Shown here: positions 26,764 through 35,087 of the stretch, piece by piece
Layout: each line of letters opens with the position of its first letter
Numbering within the stretch: the stretch's first letter is position 1
DNA from: a virus
Taxonomy: Duplodnaviria; Caudoviricetes
IMG/VR virus record: IMGVR_UViG_3300022591_000002
Reading direction: 5' to 3' (one strand)
DNA length: 64,000 nt
Translations under genes and position numbers: made by a program
Notes under the pieces: model-generated
Told to the model about the DNA's origin: nothing
The model's database searches: none
What the model saw: only the letters and a program-made list of their open reading frames with translations

Positions 26764-28131
26764 ATGAAAACAATATGCATAGTAGGCGGTGGGACAGCTG
26801 GTTGGCTATCCGCCGCTTATCTTATTAATAAGCTACCCGATTACCAAATCCAATTAATAGAAAGTCCTAACATTCCTACTATTGGCGTGGGCGAAGGAAC
26901 ATGGCCTAGCATTATGAAAATGCTAAATGATCTAGGAATTAAGGCTACTGAATTAGTTGCACTAACCGGTGGCGGTGTTAAACTAGGCATTAAATTTATT
27001 GACTTTGCTGAAACTCCGTTTTGGTTGTCTACAGACCCAGACTGGGAAACGTGGGGCAGTGATTTAACAGCGGCCGTTGGCAATAATAATAAATGTCCGT
27101 GGCTACAAGATAACAGTATGCACGGTTGTCATTTTGTTGCGTCTGAATTAGCTAACCTATTACAACAACGTAGTGTTGAAAAAGGTGTTCAACTAGTTAA
27201 CGCAGAACTTGTAAATGTTGAGATGGACGGTGATAATTGTAAGAGTGTAACTTTAGATAACGGCGCTCAAGTAACTGCTGATTGGTTTGTAGATTGTTCA
27301 GGGTTTAAGAGATTACTAATTGGTAAAACAGACAGCGAATTTCAAAGCTACGATAAAGAGTTACTAGTTGATACAGCTATTGTAGGACAAAAGCCTTACA
27401 CAGATCCTGAAAAAGAGTACGAGCCATTTACATCTAGTATAGGAATGACGTCTGGTTGGCGATTTAAAATTCCAGTCTACGAGCGCACAGGCAACGGATA
27501 CATCTATAGCAGTCAGTTTATCAGTGATGAAGACGCTAGGGTAGAGTTTGCTAATGCAACTGGTATTGAAAATCCTAGAAAAATTGTAATGAAACCTGGA
27601 TACTACAAAGAAATTATCAAAGGTAACATTATTGCGGCAGGAATGAGTAGCGGGTTTATAGAACCATTAGAAGCCACAGCAATTCATTTAGCAGGAAAAA
27701 CTATTGAATATGCAGTTGAAGTTATAAAAAGGCGCAAAAATCATACTTGGGCAAACGCAGAAATACAAGAAAGAATACGTTATATTAAAATTGTGGTGCT
27801 TAGTCACTATGCTTTTAGCAAGAGAAAAGAGCCATTTTGGGTAGCGGCAAGCGAAGCCGCACGTAACTCAAAAGACTTCCAGGATTTCTGGCGCTCTCTT
27901 AAATATAAATATCCAACGAAGGAAGATAACCTCGATAACGGTTACCCTTATTTTCAATGGAACGAACTGCTAAAAGGGTTTGGTGAAGAACATTACTATC
28001 CTAAGATATCAAAGGATGCTAAAGTACAAGTTTATCTTGCACAAAAAACATTACCAAATCATTACAGGCACATAACAGAGATAAGGATTAAAAATGGAAT
28101 CGACAGAAAAGAAAGTTTGGCAAATAGCTGA
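26764..28131 (+). CDS. Flavin-dependent tryptophan-halogenase-family protein (PrnA-like)
   Basis: The likely start is MKTICIVGGGTAGW at 26764 (GxGxxG FAD motif). Further motifs: IGVGEGT, KLGIKF (catalytic Lys position), FVDCSGF, GWRFKIP (WxWxIP variant) and FIEPLEATAI (FxEPLESxG variant). Confidence 0.85.
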   Translation: MKTICIVGGGTAGWLSAAYLINKLPDYQIQLIESPNIPTIGVGEGTWPSIMKMLNDLGIKATELVALTGGGVKLGIKFIDFAETPFWLSTDPDWETWGSDLTAAVGNNNKCPWLQDNSMHGCHFVASELANLLQQRSVEKGVQLVNAELVNVEMDGDNCKSVTLDNGAQVTADWFVDCSGFKRLLIGKTDSEFQSYDKELLVDTAIVGQKPYTDPEKEYEPFTSSIGMTSGWRFKIPVYERTGNGYIYSSQFISDEDARVEFANATGIENPRKIVMKPGYYKEIIKGNIIAAGMSSGFIEPLEATAIHLAGKTIEYAVEVIKRRKNHTWANAEIQERIRYIKIVVLSHYAFSKRKEPFWVAASEAARNSKDFQDFWRSLKYKYPTKEDNLDNGYPYFQWNELLKGFGEEHYYPKISKDAKVQVYLAQKTLPNHYRHITEIRIKNGIDRKESLANS

Positions 28132-28780
28132 TTTAGTAGAAGCTCTACCACGTGGTATGAGTGACTTCCAGATGAAGCAATTTGTTATCAATGCACAACT
28201 TACACCAGTTAAGCAACTGCAACAAGTTACAATGGAAGCAGAAGTGCGTGAAGAAAACTTACGCAAAGCAGAATACGAAGATAAAAAGAATCAGCTTAAG
28301 ATTGAAATCTTAAAGAAGAAGCGTGATCGCGAAGTTGATCCTTTATATCAGATGGAAATTGATTTAGAAATCCATCAACTAGAAGAAAAGATTTACTTAA
28401 ACGTAAAAGAAGTTAAACGTATCAAAAATGAATTAAATACTTTTTACGAAGTACTACAGTATTTTAATGACAATTATGATATTGGCGAGATGTTGGCTAT
28501 GAAAGACACTCTCGAAATTGATTACTGGGTCAAACGTCTAGGTCGTCAAGCAGGTTTAGATATTGTATCTACAGGTAGAATTTCTACAGGTAACTTGCAA
28601 GCGATGTTAGACTTACCAGAAGAGATTTTCCATGTAACCTTACAGGAAGCATTGAAGATTACAAACGAAATGGCCGCTTATATTCCTGTGCCACAGCTAG
28701 GTTCAGCTCAAGATCAAGAAACAATGATCAAGTTTAACGTAGATGGAACACAAGACAAGATTGAAAGAGCGCCACAATAA
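28094..28780 (+). CDS. Coiled-coil hypothetical protein
   Basis: 228 aa, charged heptad-rich central region, overlapping the halogenase stop by 38 nt. Confidence 0.6.
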   Translation: MESTEKKVWQIADLVEALPRGMSDFQMKQFVINAQLTPVKQLQQVTMEAEVREENLRKAEYEDKKNQLKIEILKKKRDREVDPLYQMEIDLEIHQLEEKIYLNVKEVKRIKNELNTFYEVLQYFNDNYDIGEMLAMKDTLEIDYWVKRLGRQAGLDIVSTGRISTGNLQAMLDLPEEIFHVTLQEALKITNEMAAYIPVPQLGSAQDQETMIKFNVDGTQDKIERAPQ

Positions 28781-28805
28781 CGCTTTTTAGCAAGGTCTTA
28801 CTAAT

Positions 28806-29468
28806 ATGCTTTTAATGAAAATTGATTGGAACCAAGCACTTACGTTCCAACTACCGCCAAATACAAAATACACTACTCACGGATGGGTAGTTGTAGATCT
28901 TCCAATTGTAAATTTTAATGCTGATCAAATTGCAAAATACAAAATTGTGCAATTAACTGATCCGCAAGTGATTGCAGAAATGGAACATATCAACTATACT
29001 GTACTCGATGATGGTACTGTTGCGTATGTTACAACTGTTGCTGATCATACACCAAATGATATTGTTGACGGTCATCTACAACATTTCCCTACTCTAACAT
29101 CACACGAAGATATTGAGTTGTTCTTGAAAGGTTACAAGTATCTAAGCATATTAGAAATTCAAGCAGAGTACGATGTTAAGTTTGCTAACTTAAATGTAAC
29201 TACAAGTTCTTTAGAAGCAAGTACATTTAATCAACAGCTTGCAGAAGCACAAGCATTACAAGCCAACCCTAACTATCCAACTCCGTTGTTGTCTGCATTG
29301 TCAGCCGCAAGTGGAATTAGTACTGGTGATTTAGCTAGTCAAGCACTTGCTAAGAATGCGGCATTCCAAGCACAACAAGCAACATTGTTAGGCGAAATGC
29401 TAGCAGACAAAAAAGCAGTTAATGACTGCACAACTCCTTTACAGGTAAAACAACTTGGCTGGATCTGA
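28806..29468 (+). CDS. Hypothetical protein, C-terminus resembling tail-fibre assembly (DUF4376-like) helical domains
   Basis: The C-terminal EASTFNQQLAEAQAL...TPLLSALSAASGIS...LA segment resembles phage tail-fibre chaperone-like proteins. Confidence 0.45.
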   Translation: MLLMKIDWNQALTFQLPPNTKYTTHGWVVVDLPIVNFNADQIAKYKIVQLTDPQVIAEMEHINYTVLDDGTVAYVTTVADHTPNDIVDGHLQHFPTLTSHEDIELFLKGYKYLSILEIQAEYDVKFANLNVTTSSLEASTFNQQLAEAQALQANPNYPTPLLSALSAASGISTGDLASQALAKNAAFQAQQATLLGEMLADKKAVNDCTTPLQVKQLGWI

Positions 29469-30045
29469 TCTCACCTTAAGTAACATCTTCCCCACTCCGG
29501 TGTGGACAATTAAGAACGAAATTTCTGAAGAAGATTTAAAAGAGTTAGAAAGATTTGCGTATGAGATGATTAAAGCTCAACCAAATCTAGATATATCAAG
29601 TAAACGTGGCGGTGGTGGCAGTAGTAAAGTTCTTACTATTGCACACCCTGTCTTAATGCCTATCATTGAAAAGTGTACTAGTGCATTAGTCAAAGACTAC
29701 GAATCTGTCACTAAACTAAAATTAAAAAACTATTGGGTCAACGTAAACCCACCAGGTGCATATATGATTCCGCACCTGCATCCACGTAGCGTATTTGCAT
29801 GTACACTATATGTTAAGACTCCGCCTCGCAGTGGAAAAATAACATTCATCAATCCAAATCTTGCCGCCCGTCAACACTTCTATAGTGCCAAGGATGTAGA
29901 TTATAATTATAAGAGTTATAGTTTTCAACCAGTACCTGGGCTATTCATTGCTTTCCCAAGCTGGTTAGATCACGGTGTAGAAGAAAATCTATCGGAAGAA
30001 GATAGAATCAGTATTAGTTTTAATCTAATAGCCGACGACATTTAA
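29455..30045 (+). CDS. 2OG-Fe(II) oxygenase (TIGR02466-like)
   Basis: IFPTPVW at the N-terminus, WVNVNPPGAYMIPHLHP (HxH), FPSWLDHGV (distal His) and DRISISFN (2OG-binding Arg). TTG start. Confidence 0.85.
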   Translation: MAGSDLTLSNIFPTPVWTIKNEISEEDLKELERFAYEMIKAQPNLDISSKRGGGGSSKVLTIAHPVLMPIIEKCTSALVKDYESVTKLKLKNYWVNVNPPGAYMIPHLHPRSVFACTLYVKTPPRSGKITFINPNLAARQHFYSAKDVDYNYKSYSFQPVPGLFIAFPSWLDHGVEENLSEEDRISISFNLIADDI

Positions 30046-30467
30046 CTAATTAAATCAAATATAGTATCAATTTTTGCTTTATTTGTTTTACTACTCAACG
30101 TAGTTCTTAAACCAGAGTGTAATGGTTTAGGTAAACTGTCTTTAGATACCCAAGCATACCCAGAATGTTCGTGATTGAGTTTAGGAATAAACTCATCGCC
30201 GACTAACAACACGTAGGTGTGGTAGTAAAACTCACCGTCTTTGCTTTCATATTGTTCTAAGGGAATTGTTTTTTCTATATTAGGTAAGAATCCAATTTCT
30301 TCTTGGATCTCTCTACATAGTGCTTCATATGGGGTTTGATCAGTAGGCTCGTGTTTGCCACCTACGATTCCCCACGTGCCTGCGGTTTTACCTTCTGATC
30401 GATTTAGTAATAAAAATCGTTTTGTTGATTTACTTAAAAATATTCCGCCACTACAAATTATGTTCAT
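30042..30467 (-). CDS. Nudix hydrolase
   Basis: Nudix box GGKHEPTDQTPYEALCREIQEEIGF. The probable ATG at 30467 forms an ATGA overlap with the gp15-like stop. Confidence 0.9.
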   Translation of the reverse strand: MNIICSGGIFLSKSTKRFLLLNRSEGKTAGTWGIVGGKHEPTDQTPYEALCREIQEEIGFLPNIEKTIPLEQYESKDGEFYYHTYVLLVGDEFIPKLNHEHSGYAWVSKDSLPKPLHSGLRTTLSSKTNKAKIDTIFDLIS

Positions 30468-31957
30468 AACAATAAACGCCAATATCCAGGAGTGTACTCG
30501 CCCTCGTAACTAGATGTCCACTGTTGGCCATCCCATACGTATTGTGAACCAGTACGTATATTAGTTATGTAAGTAGGAGCAACGCCGGCTAAAGAGTCGA
30601 ATATGACTGACCATTTAGTTCCGTCCCATGTGATAATGTCGTTTGCGTTAGCTGAGAATATTGTGTTGTCTGCGTTTCTAAAATTAGTAACAGCGTATCC
30701 TGCGTCCGGATACATTGTTTGATATACTGGATTACCGTTAGCATCTAATTTTACAATCTGTTGAGGACTAGCCGGATCACCTGAATTGTAACCGGGATTA
30801 GCTACATACTGCACTTGTCTGTATGCAGGATTGATATCTTCTAATATCAAATAGCGAATGCCTACGTTATTTGAATCAGTTGTAAATTTAGTTGGATCTA
30901 TAATAGCATCAACATACGTTTTTCCGCTATTGGGCGGTACTTGACTGTTAGTTGGTAATGTTGATGAGTCTATACTTAAGATCATCTGTGTTTCGTCAAC
31001 TGGATTTAACGTCATTGTAGCAACAACTTCTATGTTTAGATCTTTTGTAAATCTAATTTGACTTAGGCCAGCAGTAAATGTTCCAGGATACGCATCAAGT
31101 ATCTTGTACCAACTGACGCCTGGTCCTAATGTTGCAGTATTATCCATAACAATAACATTATGATTTTTCAAGTTATGACCTGCAACAGCAGTAGGTGTAC
31201 GACCATTAAAGAATGCACCGTCATCATATTTGCTATCACTGAGTGTACCAGTTGGTTCTACAAAAATGTTAGCAATAATATCTGTAATAATGCCTAATTG
31301 TTTTACCTTAACAGGAGTACTGATCCAAATTGGTGCATTGAATGATAAGTTTGCAATATCAATATCTTGTTCAACTCCTTGTGGAATTGCTCGAGTGGAC
31401 CATGTTAGGTCTGACAATTCTAAATAACTTAAACTAGTCCAGTCAACAAAGTTGCTGGTCGTTTGTATTTCCATTGCAGGGCGAAATAAAACTAAAATCT
31501 GTTCAAGGATTTGTAATTTTTGATCTGTATTAGAACTCCAAATATCTGCTTGAAACTCTAAATCGTAAGGTGTTGGCATTAAGCGATTAATAGTATAATT
31601 ACCACCTTGTAAATTACCATAGTCTTGTATTGTTTGTCCGTAGGTTGGACTGCTAGGATCTTGGTCAACATAATGTGTTTCACGTTCTCTAACATTTAGA
31701 GTATTTTCGTAATAGGGATTTTGTAATCTATCACGAGCAATTTTTAAATTCTTAATGTAGCAACTGATAAAAGGTGCAGACGGCATTGTGTTTTCAGAGT
31801 TCTTAGTTAGTATCTGTGCTACTTGACGACTCATGTCACCGTATCGTACAGGAACCTGTGTTAGATTACCCTTTGCATCTTTGTATGCAAAGTTACTCAT
31901 AACTCTCATAAACTGAGTTAGGTATCTTCGTATCTGCCCGTCGTAAAAATGATCCAT
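30464..31957 (-). CDS. Tail sheath stabiliser/completion protein (T4 gp15-like) with C-terminal extension
   Basis: N-terminal FYDGQIRRYLTQF...VPVRYGD, MPTPYDLEFQADIW and QILEQILVLFRP. It lies next to the gp14/gp13-like genes. Confidence 0.75.
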   Translation of the reverse strand: MDHFYDGQIRRYLTQFMRVMSNFAYKDAKGNLTQVPVRYGDMSRQVAQILTKNSENTMPSAPFISCYIKNLKIARDRLQNPYYENTLNVRERETHYVDQDPSSPTYGQTIQDYGNLQGGNYTINRLMPTPYDLEFQADIWSSNTDQKLQILEQILVLFRPAMEIQTTSNFVDWTSLSYLELSDLTWSTRAIPQGVEQDIDIANLSFNAPIWISTPVKVKQLGIITDIIANIFVEPTGTLSDSKYDDGAFFNGRTPTAVAGHNLKNHNVIVMDNTATLGPGVSWYKILDAYPGTFTAGLSQIRFTKDLNIEVVATMTLNPVDETQMILSIDSSTLPTNSQVPPNSGKTYVDAIIDPTKFTTDSNNVGIRYLILEDINPAYRQVQYVANPGYNSGDPASPQQIVKLDANGNPVYQTMYPDAGYAVTNFRNADNTIFSANANDIITWDGTKWSVIFDSLAGVAPTYITNIRTGSQYVWDGQQWTSSYEGEYTPGYWRLLL

Positions 31958-33180
31958 TAATTATCTGCCTTTGGTTTTAGAGCGTTACTTAAACTTTGGC
32001 GCTCTGTTACAGTAACACCTGCAATAGTAGAGGTATTTGCGTTATTGATATACCCTGTTAGTTGTGTTCTTCTTACTTGTTTACCTGCGTGTGCGGTTCC
32101 TGGGGCAACATCTTGAGTGCCAAACTCATCTAATGTCATACGTACATTGTCTTCAAACTTGACCCAAATTGCGCCATCGAATCTAAACAAGGTATTGGGC
32201 AAATAGTCTACTCTCAAATAGAATTGACCTTTAACAGCGTTACTTGGAAACTCAATACCGGCACCGTACTTGGCACCGTTAGGAGGAACACCTCCCATTT
32301 GTGTACCACTTTGCACAAAGTAAGTGTGGTCTGGAGAACGCAACACAATAGAAGCGTCAATATTGTCCCAGTTAGTGTTATCTATAGATGTGTCACTAAC
32401 GTCTTGTGTGTCAACTGTACCATCTGGCGCCCAAGGTACAACGTATAAATTAGAATCATCAACCCCACTTGCCGGACTGTCTGCTTCCGCTTGTGCGAGT
32501 ATTTGATTGTTGATATCAATACTAACTTTATATTGAGATACAACATCTCTTAGTGTAGTTCCGTTAGGATCTAGTACACCGTTAGAATCAGTATTAACCG
32601 CATCAAGGATTTCTTTAAACTCTTGTGTATCAACTAACGGAGCACATTTTGCACGGATTAAGTGCGGGAACCATGTTTGGCTAAAGCCGTTTGATGGACG
32701 CATCACTTCTTGAATAACGTAGAATCGCTTGATAGCCGATACGTTATCTAACGCATACTCATCACGTAGGTGAGGTAGTTCTACAACGTCACCTGCCATC
32801 ATTTTACGGCCTAGTGTTTCTACACATCCACGTAAGTGAAAATGTATCATAATATTGTCATTGTTTAAAAACAATCCAAATTGACTCAGATTAAAATCTA
32901 AGTCCTGCATCTGATAAATGCCACGCATGATGTAAACATCAGGAGCATAGTGCCTATCGCGATTTTCCATTAGTAATACGTCTTGTATTCCTAGTTCTGC
33001 AATAGGGTTAGAACTAACTGGTTGCGAAGGACTTGCATTTCCATCAGCTGGATTTACATACCCTAAATATTTGTGGACATAAATGTCAGTTCCGCCCACT
33101 TGAAATTGCTCGTTAATTACACGATCTAAAAACTTAAAATCATTGCCTTTTTCAGGGCGGTAAAGGGATAGTCTTGGCAT
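31957..33180 (-). CDS. Neck protein (T4 gp14-like, head closure)
   Basis: EQFQVGGTDIYVH, LSQFGLFL, GRKMMAGDVVELPHL and FYVIQEV motifs, and gene context. Confidence 0.7.
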   Translation of the reverse strand: MPRLSLYRPEKGNDFKFLDRVINEQFQVGGTDIYVHKYLGYVNPADGNASPSQPVSSNPIAELGIQDVLLMENRDRHYAPDVYIMRGIYQMQDLDFNLSQFGLFLNNDNIMIHFHLRGCVETLGRKMMAGDVVELPHLRDEYALDNVSAIKRFYVIQEVMRPSNGFSQTWFPHLIRAKCAPLVDTQEFKEILDAVNTDSNGVLDPNGTTLRDVVSQYKVSIDINNQILAQAEADSPASGVDDSNLYVVPWAPDGTVDTQDVSDTSIDNTNWDNIDASIVLRSPDHTYFVQSGTQMGGVPPNGAKYGAGIEFPSNAVKGQFYLRVDYLPNTLFRFDGAIWVKFEDNVRMTLDEFGTQDVAPGTAHAGKQVRRTQLTGYINNANTSTIAGVTVTERQSLSNALKPKADN

Positions 33181-33187
33181 AGTAGTG

Positions 33188-33204
33188 TATTTATAGGCTA
33201 AATA
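33188..33204. promoter_or_regulatory. Back-to-back divergent late promoters (TATTTA-N5-TAAATA)
   Basis: The minus-strand TATAAATA (33188-33195) is 7 nt before the gp14 ATG. The plus-strand TAAATA (33199-33204) is 5 nt before the gp13 ATG. The whole gap is 29 nt. Confidence 0.7.
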
Positions 33205-33209
33205 TCATT

Positions 33210-33995
33210 ATGAGCACAGCAAATACCCCATCCCCAGTAAACGATACAACACCTGCCCGCCAGCAGATAATTGACTATGTTAAGTCATTACTAGGCGGAA
33301 GCATGGTTGATGTAGAACTTGAGCCAAAAGACTACCATATAGCTATTGACCGTTCGTTGGCACGATATCGTCAACGTAGTGCTAACTCTGTAGAAGAGAG
33401 CTTTGGCTACTTGACTTTAGAGCAGGATCAAAACGAGTACATACTTGGTAACGAAGTTATTGAAGTTCGCGATGTATTCCGCAGAAGTATTGGTAGTAGA
33501 ACGGGCGGCGGCGATGGCGGATCATTATTTGAACCGTTTAACTTAGCCTACACAAACACCTATTTGCTATCATCTAGTAACATGGGCGGCTTAGGTACTT
33601 ACTATGCATTTGCCCAATATCAAAAGATGGTTGGTAAAATGTTCGGTAGCTACATCCAGTTTACATATCATCCACAAACTCGCAAGTTAACAATCATGCA
33701 ACGTCCACGTGGCGAAGAAACTGTATTGTTATGGTTGTATAATCACCGTCCTGACTTTGCTTTATTAGACGACCCATACGCAGGTTTATGGATTAAGGAC
33801 TACGCACTTGCTACCTGCAAGTTAATGTTAGGTGAAGCTCGTGAAAAATTCAATCAAATTACCAGCCCACAAGGTGGTACAACACTTAACGGTTCACAGT
33901 TAAAATCAGAAGCAACTGCAATGATTGAAAAACTTGACACTGAAATTAACAACTACGGCACTGGTGAAAAACCAATGTGGTTTGTAGTTGGCTAA
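33210..33995 (+). CDS. Neck protein (T4 gp13-like, head-tail adaptor)
   Basis: Motifs LLGGSMVDVELE, WIKDYALATCKLMLGEAREKF and PQGGTTLNG. Confidence 0.75.
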   Translation: MSTANTPSPVNDTTPARQQIIDYVKSLLGGSMVDVELEPKDYHIAIDRSLARYRQRSANSVEESFGYLTLEQDQNEYILGNEVIEVRDVFRRSIGSRTGGGDGGSLFEPFNLAYTNTYLLSSSNMGGLGTYYAFAQYQKMVGKMFGSYIQFTYHPQTRKLTIMQRPRGEETVLLWLYNHRPDFALLDDPYAGLWIKDYALATCKLMLGEAREKFNQITSPQGGTTLNGSQLKSEATAMIEKLDTEINNYGTGEKPMWFVVG

Positions 33996-34004
33996 CCAAA
34001 CTTA

Positions 34005-34033
34005 TTGACTTTGTAACAACGCTGTAATAAAAT
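34005..34033 (+). promoter_or_regulatory. sigma70-type early promoter
   Basis: TTGACT (34005-34010), a 17-nt spacer, then TAAAAT (34028-34033), upstream of the dNMP kinase. Confidence 0.75.
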
Positions 34034-34055
34034 ATAGTATCGAATGGGAGATACT

Positions 34056-34751
34056 ATGATTATTGGCGTGTGCGGTTTTATTGGGTCAGGCAAAGATACT
34101 ATTGCCGACTATCTAACAAATTTCCACGGATTTAGACGAGAAAGTTTTGCCAACAGTTTAAAAGATGCTGTGGCACAAGTATTTGGTTGGGACCGTACTA
34201 TGCTAGAAGGGCGAACTAAATCAGCCCGCGAATGGCGTGAACAAGTAGATCCGTGGTGGGCAGAACGCCTGGGCATGCCACATTTAACTCCACGCTGGGT
34301 ACTTCAATACTGGGGTACAGAAGTATGCCGTAAATCATTCCACGATGACATCTGGATTGCCAGTTTAGAAAACAAACTCCGTAATAGTACCGATGATATT
34401 GTCATTAGTGACTGTCGTTTTCCTAACGAAATTAAATCAATCAAAGCCGCAGGCGGTATTGTTATCCGTGTAGTCCGTGGTGCAGAACCAGAATGGTACG
34501 AAGTAGCAAAATACGCTAATGACGGAATAGAGATGTTCAAAGAAAAGCTAGATAGCTACGGAGTCCACGCTAGCGAAACTGCTTGGGTAGGTACTAATTT
34601 TGACTACGTGCTAGATAACAACGAAACAATTGAAGACCTGTTTACACAGGTTAAAAGTCTGGTGTTAAATCCCCACGCTTCCAAGGCAGTTTTAGAAGGT
34701 GCAGGATTCGCTGGCAGTTTGAGCATACCGTTTTTAGATTTGCCAGCTTAG
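34056..34751 (+). CDS. Deoxynucleoside monophosphate kinase (T4 gp1-like)
   Basis: MIIGVCGFIGSGKDT P-loop, SFANSLKD, LQYWGTEVCR and VISDCRFPNE. A GGAG SD precedes the ATG at 34056. Confidence 0.9.
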   Translation: MIIGVCGFIGSGKDTIADYLTNFHGFRRESFANSLKDAVAQVFGWDRTMLEGRTKSAREWREQVDPWWAERLGMPHLTPRWVLQYWGTEVCRKSFHDDIWIASLENKLRNSTDDIVISDCRFPNEIKSIKAAGGIVIRVVRGAEPEWYEVAKYANDGIEMFKEKLDSYGVHASETAWVGTNFDYVLDNNETIEDLFTQVKSLVLNPHASKAVLEGAGFAGSLSIPFLDLPA

Positions 34752-34986
34752 TATTTGACGGTTCCCCGTCGATATAAAATACATCAAACTGCTCTGGGTA
34801 CTTGCTCGTGTACCCACAGCGGTCGCACTTGTCTTTCTTCTTGTATCCTGCCTGTTGCCATTTAGGACGGCCAATCTCTCTGCGCCTGGCACAATGGTCG
34901 CAAGTTTTGCGATAAAACACTCTATCGTCTTTGTGGTAATTAATTGCCACCGGCCTTTTGCCGCATGTTTTGCATAATGGTCTCAT
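34651..34986 (-). CDS. Zinc-binding HNH-like protein, probably catalytically degenerate
   Basis: Four CxxC pairs. FDVFYIDGEPSNTKLANLKTVCSNC resembles the HNH signature HHxDGxxxNNxxxNLxxLCxxCH but lacks the catalytic His. Minus-strand TAAATA at 35017-35022. Confidence 0.6.
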   Translation of the reverse strand: MRPLCKTCGKRPVAINYHKDDRVFYRKTCDHCARRREIGRPKWQQAGYKKKDKCDRCGYTSKYPEQFDVFYIDGEPSNTKLANLKTVCSNCQRILHLLKLPWKRGDLTPDF

Positions 34987-35047
34987 AGTAAGCCCTTTTT
35001 GGTGCCCTTTTCCATGTATTTAACTCGATAAAATTTGGAGTATACGC

Positions 35048-35053
35048 TAAATA
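35048..35053 (+). promoter_or_regulatory. Putative late promoter for the tail sheath gene
   Basis: GCTAAATATT followed by a GGGAG SD. Confidence 0.6.
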
Positions 35054-35087
35054 TTACTGATAAAACCATTATTGGGAGAGTTAGTAA

